Of a stretch of 64,000 nt of DNA, positions 1 through 10,688 are shown piece after piece. The stretch covers positions 1 through 64,000 of the forward strand of contig JANNBC010000054.1 of NCBI GenBank assembly GCA_031385045.1, written 5' to 3'. The notes beneath the pieces were generated by a model, which worked only from the letters and a program-made list of their open reading frames with translations, did not search any database and was not told the DNA's origin. The DNA is from a bacterium. GTDB taxonomy: Bacteria > Bdellovibrionota_C > UBA2361 > CALJRW01. The position numbers and the translations under genes are program-made. Within the stretch, counting starts at the first letter, position 1, and each line of letters starts with the position of its first letter.

Positions 1-140
1 CAGGTGTCACGGACACTGCCTCCTGCCTCAACTTCTTGTAAGATTTTTACAATTTGTTCTTCCGTATATCGCTTTTTCATAGGTCCTCCAGTTAAAATAG
101 TCTATCATTTTAACTGGCTCTATTCACGCAGGGCAGACCC
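1..140 (-). mobile_element. Left end of an IS3-family (IS407-group-like) insertion sequence, truncated by the window edge
   Basis: Minus-strand ATG at 80 reads MKKRYTEEQIVKILQEVEAGGSVRDT..., a typical IS3 OrfA HTH start, preceded by a GGAGG RBS. The element end reads GGTCTGCCC at about 139-131, resembling TG(A/G)(C/T)CTGCCCC IS407-type ends. There is an 11-bp inverted repeat CCAGTTAAAAT/ATTTTAACTGG at 88-117. Confidence 0.85.
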
Positions 141-349
141 CCCCGTAACCACAAATACAAGAAAAAATAACCTAAATATTATCCGCATTAATATTACATT
201 ACCACATCATCATAAGCATGCTAGATATTATTTGGATTCTATTCTACTGACTTAGAAGCAGATTCTTTAGAATTTAGAATAGTCATTTTGAATAAGGACC
301 AAAAATATAACCAATTGGATATTCTTAACAATAATTAGCTGTTTTTCAT

Positions 350-1477
350 ATGAATAAAACTTCCCTCTTAGGTTCATTACTTTTGGCATTTTTAATTTGG
401 CGAGTCATTACGCTCCTAATCTTTAGTTCTGCTGGCCTTTATAGCCCTGTCCATCCGGAACATCTTCGATTTTCCTATGCTCGAGCTCTCCCAGTACTAG
501 CAAAAGTCTTTTCAACGGGAGATGCCTCTTGGTATCTTGATATTGCTGCAAATGGTTATAAACAGGAACAATTTAGTAATAAAGATCAAAGCAATTGGGC
601 CTTCTTCCCTGTATTGCCAATCCTAATTCACGGTGCAAGCTATCTGACAGCAGATAATTATATCTTAGCAGGAGCAATAATTGCCAATATCGCATTATTA
701 GCTGCTCTCATTTTATTATTTAAATTTATTCTTTCCTTAGGACGCGACATCGAGACGGCCTGGCGCGCAGCCTTATTTGTCTTAGTTTTCCCAACTAGCT
801 ATTTAATCGGTCTACCATTTACGGAGTCTCTTTTTCTCTTTTTAAGTATATTGGCTTTTAGTCTGGCCTTTAAAGATCGCTGGTTTTGGGCAAGTTTAAT
901 TATGAGTATTGCTGTTACTACCAGACCTACTGGCATTTTAATTCTCCCAGCATTTTTTTGGCACTTCATTCAATCTCGTGCTTATCAAAATAAGTATAAT
1001 ATACTAGCCTTAAGCATTACCCCTTTGGGAATTATTACTTTTGCTTGGCATCTTAATAATTTAACAGGAAATTACTTTGCTTTCCTTGATATCCAGAAGA
1101 ACTGGGGTAGAAACAACGGATTCTTCAACTTGCTTAACTTTACCTCCGAGAATCTAAATCTTGCGGGAACTTGCTGGAATTTTGTTTGGCTTAATCTAAT
1201 TGCTGCCCTTAGTGGACTAGCCATTACTATCTGGTTTCTAAAAAAGAAAGAATACGTTTGGGCTATCTATCTTTTCGTACCAATTGTCATTGCCCTAGCA
1301 ACAGGCAATCTAATTTCTTTCGCAAGAATTATTGGTGGCCTCTTTCCCATTTATTTAGCATTGGCCGATATCTTACGTCGACCAGCACTACTTTATCTTT
1401 TTCTATCAGTTAGTTCAGGCCTATTATTTATCCTAACGCTACTCTGTGGATTAGGAATTACATTTGCAATGACTTAA
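350..1477 (+). CDS. GT-C membrane glycosyltransferase, PIG-V/mannosyltransferase-like
   Basis: Polytopic membrane protein with GDASWYLDIAANGY, WAFFP, TESLF, RPTG and QKNWGR motifs. Confidence 0.8.
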   Translation: MNKTSLLGSLLLAFLIWRVITLLIFSSAGLYSPVHPEHLRFSYARALPVLAKVFSTGDASWYLDIAANGYKQEQFSNKDQSNWAFFPVLPILIHGASYLTADNYILAGAIIANIALLAALILLFKFILSLGRDIETAWRAALFVLVFPTSYLIGLPFTESLFLFLSILAFSLAFKDRWFWASLIMSIAVTTRPTGILILPAFFWHFIQSRAYQNKYNILALSITPLGIITFAWHLNNLTGNYFAFLDIQKNWGRNNGFFNLLNFTSENLNLAGTCWNFVWLNLIAALSGLAITIWFLKKKEYVWAIYLFVPIVIALATGNLISFARIIGGLFPIYLALADILRRPALLYLFLSVSSGLLFILTLLCGLGITFAMT

Positions 1478-1484
1478 TTAATTG

Positions 1485-2474
1485 CTAATTAATATTTAAA
1501 TATTTACGAATCTCCTGCTCCAGGCGTTGCTCACTCCAAGACATACGATTGTTAATCGCTGTAAAAAAACTTTGTCCTTCTTTTTGATAATCATAAATAT
1601 CCATCAAGTGTGCCAGGCTTCCGCGGTTAACAATTGCTTGATAATACATAGATGCCCGAGCGTAATCACCAGCTGAACCTTCAAAAACAAAATTATTCGG
1701 CGAATAATAAATCGATTTAATTGCTAAGTCTTGATAAAATCTACGCACCTCTCCTTTGGGAATCGCTGGAGAATATTCAGCAGACTCTTGCTCAAACCAA
1801 CTAGCAAAGCCTTCCGCCCAAGATCTTTGCTGATTTTGTTTTTGCCCCAAAAGTTGGAACTCAACTACATGGCCCATTTCATGTAACAACACTTTCATTA
1901 AATCCGCATCAGCTACATAACCTGGTTTAAAAGTTTTACCACCACACCCATTTACAATCCGCTCGGCAACTATATAAATTTTAGCTGGTGGCAACATCCA
2001 TCCGGGGTGACAATTATCAACTAAGTACTGTGGGATTTGAGCTGTTGGTAGTTTCTCAGACATGAAGACTACCTGCCAATCTAAATCAATTGACCTAATC
2101 TCTGGTCGAAAGCCAGATAAGTTAACAAACATTTTAGCTGTTCGAGCGGCATCAGCCAAAGCTCTAACTGGCGTGCGCCCAAAAAGTTTTTCTACTTCCC
2201 TTGGCCAACGTAATTCCATTCGACCCAGGCTGGTACTAATACTTTCTGTTCGTAGATTTCCTTCTAGATCTAAATCTTGTGGATCGGCCATTACTTGTTG
2301 TGGCATAGATTTTTGCTCACAAACGGCAGTAGATAAAAATTGTTTGGGAATTAATTTTTGGCCTTCGACTTCACGCTTTTGACCCTGACTATTAATATAG
2401 ATACAACGTTCGGCAAGGGCTACTGTTGTTAGCAAAAAGCTAACTAACAGTAGCACAATGAATTTAGGCAACAT
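1485..2474 (-). CDS. Secreted putative zinc metallopeptidase (HExxH...E, gluzincin-like)
   Basis: Signal peptide from MLPKFIVLL (ATG 2474); LLHEMGH followed by WAEGFA; overlaps the lon stop. Confidence 0.6.
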   Translation of the reverse strand: MLPKFIVLLLVSFLLTTVALAERCIYINSQGQKREVEGQKLIPKQFLSTAVCEQKSMPQQVMADPQDLDLEGNLRTESISTSLGRMELRWPREVEKLFGRTPVRALADAARTAKMFVNLSGFRPEIRSIDLDWQVVFMSEKLPTAQIPQYLVDNCHPGWMLPPAKIYIVAERIVNGCGGKTFKPGYVADADLMKVLLHEMGHVVEFQLLGQKQNQQRSWAEGFASWFEQESAEYSPAIPKGEVRRFYQDLAIKSIYYSPNNFVFEGSAGDYARASMYYQAIVNRGSLAHLMDIYDYQKEGQSFFTAINNRMSWSEQRLEQEIRKYLNIN

Positions 2475-4950
2475 TTTTAATTGTAGCTTTTTTAACAATC
2501 TTTCTTCCTGATGTTTTCTTTTTAAGCTTGGAACCACTATTTCTCTTAACAGGCTCTAGGCTATATTTTAAAACTTCATGAATAGTTTTGACTGGAATAA
2601 ACTCAATCTCATCTCGTTGAGCAGTTGGGATTTCTGCCAGATCTTTTAAATTATCAGCAGGAATAATAATCCTTTTGATTCCATTCCGAAGTGCTGCCAA
2701 AGCTTTCTCTTTTAAACCACCAATTGCTAGGACATTTCCTCGTAAAGTAATCTCGCCAGTCATTGCCACATTACTTTTAACTTTTCTTCCCGCAACAGCT
2801 GATACCAATCCTGTAATTAGTGTCACACCAGCAGAAGGTCCATCTTTAGGAGTTGCCCCTTCTGGTAAGTGGATATGGATATCCAATGTTTCATTAAAGC
2901 GATCGGCAAGGCCAAGCTCTTTAGCGTTAGCACGTGCATAAAAAACTGCTGCTTGTGCTGACTCTTGAAGAATATTCCCCAATTGCCCTGTAAGAGTTAA
3001 GTCACCTTTTCCTGGAGCGACAGAAACTTCTACTGGCATAATTTCACCGCCATAGATTGTCCAAGCTAAACCATTGGCTAATCCAACTTGATCTTCCTTT
3101 AAATAAAAATCAGGCTGAAACTTAGTTGGCCCTAAGCAATCCGTAATAAACTTACCAGAGATATTATGCGGAATATTTTTCTTACCAACAATTTCTCGAG
3201 CTAGCTTACGACAAACAGCTGCAATTTCTCGTTCTAGTCCTCGCACCCCAGACTCTTTAGTATAATCTTCAATTAAGGCCAGTGTCGCTTCTTTGGAAAA
3301 TTTAATTTTTTGTTTTTCCAAACCATTTTCTTTAATCTGTCTAGGAATCAAATACTTTTCGGCGATTTGAACTTTCTCCGTTGTTGTATAACCAGGAATT
3401 GAAATCACCTCCAGTCGATCTAACAAAGCATCTGGAATTGTATCTAAAGTATTAGCAGTAGCAATAAAGAAACAATCCGATAAATCATAAGAAATATTCA
3501 GATAATGATCACTAAAATTCTTATTCTGTTGTGGATCTAAAACTTCCAATAAGGCAGAAGAAGGATCTCCTCGATAATCAGAACCAATCTTATCTAACTC
3601 ATCCAAAACAAAGACAGGATTACTACTTCCGGCATCTTTAATCCCTTGAATAATTCTTCCAGGCAATGCACCGACATAAGTCCGACGATGCCCACGAATC
3701 TCCGCTTCATCCCGAACGCCACCAATTGATAAGCGAACAAAAGAACGGTTTAGTGCGGCCGCAATCGATTTACCTAATGAAGTCTTACCAACACCTGGAG
3801 GCCCAACAAAACAAAGAATCGGACCTTTAGAGTCTGACTTTAATTTACGAACGCTCAAGAATTCTAAAATTCGATCTTTAGTTTTTGATAATCCGTAATG
3901 ATCATTATCTAAGATTTTTTGAGCATTTTTTAAGTCAAATTTTTCTTTAGTAGTTTTGGCCCAAGGTAAATCCGCGATCCATTCTAAGTATGTTCGTAGC
4001 ATTCCATACTCAGAACTCTCCATCGACATTCGCTCTAAGCGTTTTAATTGCCGATCAGATTCATCCCGAGCATGTTTTGGTAAATTTGCCTTGGCTAAAG
4101 CCTTGCGAATTTCAGCAATATCTTCTGAGACGTAATCTTCTTCCCCTAATTCTTTGCGAATCTGCTTTAATTGCTCTCTAAGAAAATAATCTTTCTGTCC
4201 CTTACTCAGCTCATCTTGGGTCTTGGTACGAATATTTTCAGCAACAATGAAATTATTAAAATCATCTTCAATTAACTTGGCAGTAAGCTTTAATCTTTTT
4301 AAGGGATCAAGTTCTTCTAATAAATTCTGAGCATAGGTAACATCAAGCTTATAATGCGCAATCACCACATCGGCCAGAACAGCTGGATCTTTAATTTCTT
4401 CCGTAATTAACAGCATCTCTTCCGGTAGCAACTCTAGCTCAACTAAAGTCTGAAGCTTCTGTCTAATTGCTTCTACCAAAGCTTTAACCTCGGCTGTGGA
4501 TTTAAGTGGCTTACTTTCCAAGTACTCTACATCAGCTGAGAAATAATCTTTAACAGCAATATAGTTACTAACGCGAACTCGACTAATACCTTGTAGCAGA
4601 ACCTTAATTCGACCATCATTTAATTTAAAAACTTTGGAAATCTTGGCGGCAACACCAATCTTGGGAAGATCGGTTAACTTGAAGCGGTCGCCTGGTTGTT
4701 TATTAGTAGCAACCATTAGGATCAGATTTTTTTGTTCTGTTGCTTTTTGAATCGCGTTTTTATTTTTTTCATCAACGATATAAAGCGACATTAGGACCGT
4801 TGGAAAGGCAACCAAATCCCCAGCAGCTAAGACAGGAATATTTGTTGGCAAATCAGCAAAATCTACAGGATTATCTAAGCGCTCAGGTCCACCACTAATT
4901 TCTGTGGTTAGCTGATCCGACTTTTTAGTTTTCTTTTTTTTGTTCGTCAT
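2464..4950 (-). CDS. lon: ATP-dependent protease La
   Basis: LON N-domain, GPPGVGKTS, RRTYVGALPG, LDELDK, PKDGPSAG catalytic Ser, GGLKEK; probable start MTNKK at 4950. Confidence 0.97.
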   Translation of the reverse strand: MTNKKKKTKKSDQLTTEISGGPERLDNPVDFADLPTNIPVLAAGDLVAFPTVLMSLYIVDEKNKNAIQKATEQKNLILMVATNKQPGDRFKLTDLPKIGVAAKISKVFKLNDGRIKVLLQGISRVRVSNYIAVKDYFSADVEYLESKPLKSTAEVKALVEAIRQKLQTLVELELLPEEMLLITEEIKDPAVLADVVIAHYKLDVTYAQNLLEELDPLKRLKLTAKLIEDDFNNFIVAENIRTKTQDELSKGQKDYFLREQLKQIRKELGEEDYVSEDIAEIRKALAKANLPKHARDESDRQLKRLERMSMESSEYGMLRTYLEWIADLPWAKTTKEKFDLKNAQKILDNDHYGLSKTKDRILEFLSVRKLKSDSKGPILCFVGPPGVGKTSLGKSIAAALNRSFVRLSIGGVRDEAEIRGHRRTYVGALPGRIIQGIKDAGSSNPVFVLDELDKIGSDYRGDPSSALLEVLDPQQNKNFSDHYLNISYDLSDCFFIATANTLDTIPDALLDRLEVISIPGYTTTEKVQIAEKYLIPRQIKENGLEKQKIKFSKEATLALIEDYTKESGVRGLEREIAAVCRKLAREIVGKKNIPHNISGKFITDCLGPTKFQPDFYLKEDQVGLANGLAWTIYGGEIMPVEVSVAPGKGDLTLTGQLGNILQESAQAAVFYARANAKELGLADRFNETLDIHIHLPEGATPKDGPSAGVTLITGLVSAVAGRKVKSNVAMTGEITLRGNVLAIGGLKEKALAALRNGIKRIIIPADNLKDLAEIPTAQRDEIEFIPVKTIHEVLKYSLEPVKRNSGSKLKKKTSGRKIVKKATIKNVA

Positions 4951-6712
4951 TATTACCTCGGTAAACAAATTCTGGAGCAGAAGAGCGATTGATTTCTTGT
5001 AACCCACCGTTTGTAAATTCTACTACTTTTAAATTACGATGTAGTTTATCAGGTCCAGCAAATTGCACATGGCCAGTTAACCCATTATAACTACGAAAAC
5101 TGCTAATAATATTTTCCCACGTATTGCCCGCTTGCATTTGACCAACAATTGCTTTCACAACAGTGGCAGCGTCAAAGCCTTGCGCCGCTAAAAAATCAGG
5201 CTGTTTGCCATAGATTTTTTTATAGGAATTTACAAACTGCTGAGACAGGCCACTGGCATTCTCAAAAAAAGGTGATGGGAAAATAACACCTTCTAAAGAA
5301 TTAGCTGATTGCATTAATTTTGGCAGATCCGACCATTCCCCTGTACCAACTAATCTTGTTTGTTTTAAACGATCTGGCCCTAAGGCAACAGCAACTCTAT
5401 TGGCATTATCAATACTATCAACCAAAAATAATGCTTGGGGATTATAAATCCCTAATTCTCTTCCTAACTCCCGAAAATCTGGGATTGGATTGCGATAGTA
5501 GGAATATTCAGAAACCAACATTGCTCCATTTTGAGCAACCGCTTTCTTAAATTCTCGAACAAATTCTTGGGACGTTTCCTCTGCCGGATAAGCAATCGCA
5601 TATTTTTTAAATCCAAGATTTTCAGTCAAAGATTTTACGACGGAAGACATTTGTGACTCAGCATCCATTCCAAGACGATAGATCCCCTGACCTTCGGCAA
5701 ACTCCGCCTTTTTAGTGAAGGAAAACATTTTCAAATTATGACGCTTGGCACAATCTGCAACTACTTGTGAGGTTGTATAAAGTAAGGGTCCAATAATTGT
5801 GGAATAATTTTTTGTGAACGCTAGCTCGGAGCAAATAGCTGCGGCGATTGCTGGACTTGCTTGAGTATCACGATAAACAACCGGAATTGCCGTGGCATTT
5901 TCACCACCCAATGCCAGCTCAATCCCTTGCTTAACGGCTTGTCCAAAGGCAGCATATCTTCCAGTCATCGGAAGCAAGACCATAATTCCATTCTTATTTG
6001 GACTCTCGTTATTAATAACCTTTTGCTCCTTCTTCAGCTCCACTTCCCAAAACCGAGGGAATTCACTAATTGGAATGATGACAGCTCCGGGCTTGGAGCG
6101 ACGGCTTAACTCAATCTGAATTAAGCCTCTTAGATAATAATCCTTATCCCAATGCTCCCTTAGCTTACTTAGTTCGGGGTCAGGTATTCTAGCTAAGAGT
6201 AACAAGGTACCTTTTTCAATAACTGCTTTTAAACTTGGATGTTTTGCATCACGCAAGGCTTGAGAAAACCAAGCTAAACTCTGATGAAGATTGACTAAGC
6301 GTCCATATATAAATGCAAAAATTAAAGCTGATTCCGCCCGAACAGTATGTACCGACTTGCCATTTTTTTCATAAAAGGAACTTAAAGCATCCAGTGCTTT
6401 TTGCGGCTCATCAAGTGCTAATAGTGTGCTAGCAATTCTTAGTTGTAAAGATTCATTAAAATCAGAAATTCGAGCATTCCCTGCTCTTGTCGCATAAAAC
6501 TGCTCTAAGGCTTCAAAATACTTACCTTGATTAAATAATTTATCCCCGCGAGTAATAAAACGATCGTTTAAAAGATTTTTATCTAAACTATACCCATCAT
6601 CCCAAGTAATCCAAGGGATCGGATAAACTTTAACAGGTTGAACAATCGGCTCAGGCTGATGAGAAACACAGGCCGTAAATAAAACCAATAAAATTAAAAG
6701 CAATTTTTTCAT
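4925..6712 (-). CDS. Lipoprotein, penicillin-binding protein activator LpoA/LppC-like (TPR plus periplasmic binding fold)
   Basis: Lipobox FTAC; TPR-like N-terminus; VLLPMTG, IIGPL, AAQGFDA, YNGLTG motifs. Confidence 0.75.
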   Translation of the reverse strand: MKKLLLILLVLFTACVSHQPEPIVQPVKVYPIPWITWDDGYSLDKNLLNDRFITRGDKLFNQGKYFEALEQFYATRAGNARISDFNESLQLRIASTLLALDEPQKALDALSSFYEKNGKSVHTVRAESALIFAFIYGRLVNLHQSLAWFSQALRDAKHPSLKAVIEKGTLLLLARIPDPELSKLREHWDKDYYLRGLIQIELSRRSKPGAVIIPISEFPRFWEVELKKEQKVINNESPNKNGIMVLLPMTGRYAAFGQAVKQGIELALGGENATAIPVVYRDTQASPAIAAAICSELAFTKNYSTIIGPLLYTTSQVVADCAKRHNLKMFSFTKKAEFAEGQGIYRLGMDAESQMSSVVKSLTENLGFKKYAIAYPAEETSQEFVREFKKAVAQNGAMLVSEYSYYRNPIPDFRELGRELGIYNPQALFLVDSIDNANRVAVALGPDRLKQTRLVGTGEWSDLPKLMQSANSLEGVIFPSPFFENASGLSQQFVNSYKKIYGKQPDFLAAQGFDAATVVKAIVGQMQAGNTWENIISSFRSYNGLTGHVQFAGPDKLHRNLKVVEFTNGGLQEINRSSAPEFVYRGNNDEQKKEN

Positions 6713-7128
6713 ATCTTGAAATAACTAATAGAGGTATTTTTTAATACCATTTTGTAAAAATTTTATTTCCAACATTCCAGCAAGATTGTAGCGAAGGATT
6801 GAGTTGTGGGTGTAATTTGGAATTGCTTCACAACGTTAGTTTAAGACTAAACCAATGGATAATCAGATGCAATATCTAGTATTATCTATGCACCACTTTA
6901 GTTATCTTACTTAACTTTACTAATAGGTTAACTTATTTTCTTAGAAATAGCGTTTCGGATCGAATGAATCAGAGCTAAGTCAACCTAAACTTACTCTTTG
7001 CTTACAAATTTAAATTACTGTGATTGATCAGAAAAAAAGGTTTTAGATCAAAATGCGCCCCATTCTTTTCTTTGCAAACGAGAAAACTTCCGCTAAAACT
7101 ACCCAAACACACTTCATTCTTAAAAGTT

Positions 7129-9492
7129 ATGAGTACTAAAAGCCGTTTCCTGCTCTGGATATTAATATTCACAATCATCTGCTGGAGAACCTTACCCTTT
7201 CTAACTGCTGAAATTCCAGCAGGATGGGATACTCTTGGTCATTACTACTTAAGCCACTTAATGCTAAAATACTTAAGTGAATTCCACTTATCTGGGTACG
7301 ATCTACAATGGCTAGGAGGCTACCCGGCATTTACTCTTTATCCACCACTATTTTATATCATCGTTGCTAGCATTCACCTTGTAAGCTTTGGCCTAATTTC
7401 ATTAACTAAGGCTTTTCAAATTTTTATTTTCATCCAACCCTTTCTATTCTTAGTCTCTACATTTCTTGTTACGCGTACGTTCTTTAGCCAAAGAGAAGCT
7501 TACTATGCCTTACTCAGTGGTTTCATTTTTCTTTTTCTGGGGCTTGATTACTCCTTCTTTAAGATCGGACTAGTTGGCAATTACTTTATAGGCGTTAACC
7601 CCTGTATTTTTGGATTAAATTTATTTCTATTGTTCCTAGGAAGTTTAGGGCAGATGAACAAGTGCCCATCTTGGAAAATTACAATCCCGAATATCTGCTT
7701 ACTAACCGCAATTATCCTGACTCATACCTTAACAACAATTTTTACTTTCTGGACAATCTTAATCTTCGGTTTATGTTACTTCAGAACTTGTTGGAAACGA
7801 ATTCTCTCATCGTGCATTATCTCTTTAACTATAACTGCCTTTTGGTGGATTCCTTTCTTAGAACATCTCGCATTTAGTTCTTCTGATACAATTAGCTTAT
7901 CCAGTATTTCACCACTCTATGTAATCCTACCTGAGATTAAAATCAGTTCCCTTCGTGCAATTTTCTCATATCCACTTGTTCCGATAGAGGTGCATATTCC
8001 ACTTTTTAATGATCAATATCTAAGTCTAAACATTAGAGGTATTTTTGTGGCATTTCCACTCTCCGGAATACTTTTTGGAATTTCCCTGCTAGTTGCCTCC
8101 TTAAATTTAGTTCAAAAAAGGCAGATCTTCATAGTCCTTTTATTTATAATCTCACTACTTTTTTTACCTAATAGTTATTTTTCAGAAATATTTAATCTTG
8201 GCATTCATTACTACCGTTTTGTTGAATATATTGTGGCGATCGAAGCCATTTTACTAGGAGTAGGTTTTGTAATTATTCAAGACTTTTGTCATCAACGATT
8301 TTCAAAATTTAAAAATATTTTCTCACTACTGATACTTTTATCTTTAATCCAAACAATCCTCTTTAAGTTAGATTGGCACTCACCAAACAAACTTAGAATC
8401 AGTCAATCAACTGAAAATCCAAAATTTCAATTTGATATTACCAAATACAAGAGTTTTCCGGATACCTATCGTGTAATTCAATATTTTCAAAAACCAATCA
8501 ATGGTCGGATAGCAATTGAAGCTAACGCTAATGGAATTACAAAAGATGGTTCGCCGCACTTATTATCAAGCTTGATTCCGATCATGACAAAAGCTGAAGT
8601 AATACCCGGATTAATTGTGGAGTCTTCACTAGCATCTGTTTTTATTAATTCGACTTTAGGAGTTGGAAGCAATCACCTAGTCTGGGGTAAAAATAATATT
8701 TACCACTCAGAATTATTCAGAAGCCATCCCCCCAAAACAATTTTAAAATGGCTAAAATTATATAATGTGGAATATTTAATTAGTAATTCCAAAGAATACT
8801 TTGATTTTCTACAAAAGATCTCTCTAGAAACAAAGCAACTAGAACTAGTGCTTCAAACTGGAGATTATGGTGTTTTTAAATTAACGAACCTAGTTGATAA
8901 AATTTATCATACAAAATATCTACCTTGGTTATTCTATAGTGACGATCTAGATCACTTTAGACTTTTTTCAGAATTTTGGTTCTCTGGTGCAAAAGGCTTA
9001 GATTTAAACATCATCTACGATACGAGCAAGGAAATAATTCAAGATCTCCTACAACTTAAGCAAATTTCCTCTGATCTGTCTGGTTTGATAATATTTGCTG
9101 ATCGCTACTCTGAAAGTGATTGGATCAAAAAAATTGCTGATTTACATTCAATCACTGACAAACCAATAGTTGTCTTAACAGAACGAGATAATTTATTCTT
9201 ACCTGAAGAATTAAAAAACCAATTTCAAGTGATGAACATCAAGATTAACAAAAATGACAAGATTTTTAATTTGATTAAAAAGCTATCTAGGCCACAAAAT
9301 ATTAATCAGCCTGTTGTGATCAAAGAACTTTTAGGAAATAAAATTTCTTATCAATCGCTTGGTGCTACTGTGATTGGAATTAATTTTGCACCAAAGTGGA
9401 GATTTAAAGAATTAGATACAAAAATTTTCTTGGTTGCACCTAGTCAAATGTTAACTTTATCCGCTGGTAATATAAACCTAGAATATGATTAA
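7129..9492 (+). CDS. Large polytopic membrane protein, PTPS-related/GT-C glycosyltransferase-like
   Basis: GWDTLGH, WLGGYPAFTLYPPL, LTHTLT, AFWWIP, YYRF, YNVEY motifs; probable start MSTKSR at 7129. Confidence 0.7.
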   Translation: MSTKSRFLLWILIFTIICWRTLPFLTAEIPAGWDTLGHYYLSHLMLKYLSEFHLSGYDLQWLGGYPAFTLYPPLFYIIVASIHLVSFGLISLTKAFQIFIFIQPFLFLVSTFLVTRTFFSQREAYYALLSGFIFLFLGLDYSFFKIGLVGNYFIGVNPCIFGLNLFLLFLGSLGQMNKCPSWKITIPNICLLTAIILTHTLTTIFTFWTILIFGLCYFRTCWKRILSSCIISLTITAFWWIPFLEHLAFSSSDTISLSSISPLYVILPEIKISSLRAIFSYPLVPIEVHIPLFNDQYLSLNIRGIFVAFPLSGILFGISLLVASLNLVQKRQIFIVLLFIISLLFLPNSYFSEIFNLGIHYYRFVEYIVAIEAILLGVGFVIIQDFCHQRFSKFKNIFSLLILLSLIQTILFKLDWHSPNKLRISQSTENPKFQFDITKYKSFPDTYRVIQYFQKPINGRIAIEANANGITKDGSPHLLSSLIPIMTKAEVIPGLIVESSLASVFINSTLGVGSNHLVWGKNNIYHSELFRSHPPKTILKWLKLYNVEYLISNSKEYFDFLQKISLETKQLELVLQTGDYGVFKLTNLVDKIYHTKYLPWLFYSDDLDHFRLFSEFWFSGAKGLDLNIIYDTSKEIIQDLLQLKQISSDLSGLIIFADRYSESDWIKKIADLHSITDKPIVVLTERDNLFLPEELKNQFQVMNIKINKNDKIFNLIKKLSRPQNINQPVVIKELLGNKISYQSLGATVIGINFAPKWRFKELDTKIFLVAPSQMLTLSAGNINLEYD

Positions 9493-9495
9493 ATA

Positions 9496-9975
9496 TTAAT
9501 AACATAGTCCAGCTGGGCTAAAAGCTTCATTTAAACCTGGCAGTGCACCATTATTAGTTGGAGCGGATCCAAATGATAATCCATAACCATTCTTATTAAT
9601 ACTTAACTTACAGCTAAACATAAAAAAGTAGAATCCTGGGGTAACAGATATCCCCATGCCAAAGTTATTCATGGCTCCATTAAATTTAATATAGCTGGGC
9701 AATTTTAGTCCAGGAAATTTGAGTTCATACTCATATTGCGGATCAGGTACAGCTGCGGCTGGAGCACTAAAGATACCATAACGTCCATCGCCTAATCCAG
9801 CTTGACCAGCGGTAATGGCGTTATGTGCGAAGCTTACTAATTCAGCTTTATAAACAGTATCTTTATAAACACTAAAATTAGCTATAGCTAAAGATGCTAA
9901 GACCCCTAAGATTGCCACTGTCACCAGTAATTCTACTAGAGTGAATCCACTATTTCCCTTGAAAAATCTTTGCAT
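9496..9975 (-). CDS. Type IV pilin-like protein
   Basis: Prepilin cleavage motif G|FTLVELLVTVAILGVLASLA; C-terminal Cys pair. Confidence 0.9.
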   Translation of the reverse strand: MQRFFKGNSGFTLVELLVTVAILGVLASLAIANFSVYKDTVYKAELVSFAHNAITAGQAGLGDGRYGIFSAPAAAVPDPQYEYELKFPGLKLPSYIKFNGAMNNFGMGISVTPGFYFFMFSCKLSINKNGYGLSFGSAPTNNGALPGLNEAFSPAGLCY

Positions 9976-10091
9976 GATTAATTATCAGAGAAGTAGCTCA
10001 ATATTTCAAGTAGAAAAGAATATTCAATTGATTACTTGCACACCATCTGTATTTATCTTGCTTAATTTGACTAATAAGCTAGCCTCTTGAA

Positions 10092-10688
10092 ATGGCATTA
10101 CCACTTCCCACCAATCCTTCAAGATTAACAAAGCAACCAGCCTGGGAATGGCTTAATAGTTTAACTTTAACTGAGAAAGGATTATTTCTATCTCCAATAC
10201 TTGTGCAACCAAAAATATTTATCAGCTGCTTACATTCTGCTGGCAAGGAAGAATTGTTGAAATCAGAACAAATCACCCATGTTTTTTCCTTTGCACAGCA
10301 ACCTAATGAAATCTACTCCTATCCGAATAAAGAGCTTTCCGGACTTCCTGGATTAGAAATATCCTCCCCGAATTCCGTTTATACGAAATTGGGCATAAAG
10401 CGTTATCTTTTTCAACTTCAGGACAATGATAAAAATTCTGATTCACAAATCCAAACAGCATTTCAATGCTTCGAGGAACTCTGCCGAGAAAACTATCATC
10501 AAAATATTTTAATTCACTGCCAATTAGGTGCTTCACGCTCGGTCTCATTTGTAGCAGCACTAATTGCTAAATCTGAAAATTGGAGTTTTAAAAAAGCCGT
10601 TTTGGAAATTCGAAAACATCGTGAAGTGGGTATCGATCAGGGATTTGCCGAACATCTCTGTCGAATTTTAAGAATTACATTTGAGTAA
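10092..10688 (+). CDS. Dual-specificity protein phosphatase
   Basis: ILIHCQLGASRS (HCx5R) active site; upstream LQD acid loop. Confidence 0.85.
   Translation: MALPLPTNPSRLTKQPAWEWLNSLTLTEKGLFLSPILVQPKIFISCLHSAGKEELLKSEQITHVFSFAQQPNEIYSYPNKELSGLPGLEISSPNSVYTKLGIKRYLFQLQDNDKNSDSQIQTAFQCFEELCRENYHQNILIHCQLGASRSVSFVAALIAKSENWSFKKAVLEIRKHREVGIDQGFAEHLCRILRITFE

Noticed and set aside
4..255. 83-aa plus-strand ORF
   Set aside because: Antisense to the IS3 OrfA start and runs through the IS end into AT-rich spacer; no protein features.
6713..7128. Long intergenic regions (also 30541-30888, 56010-56264, 57927-58220) as possible ncRNA loci
   Set aside because: Only short, weak hairpins; no recognisable riboswitch, sigma-54 box or repeat.
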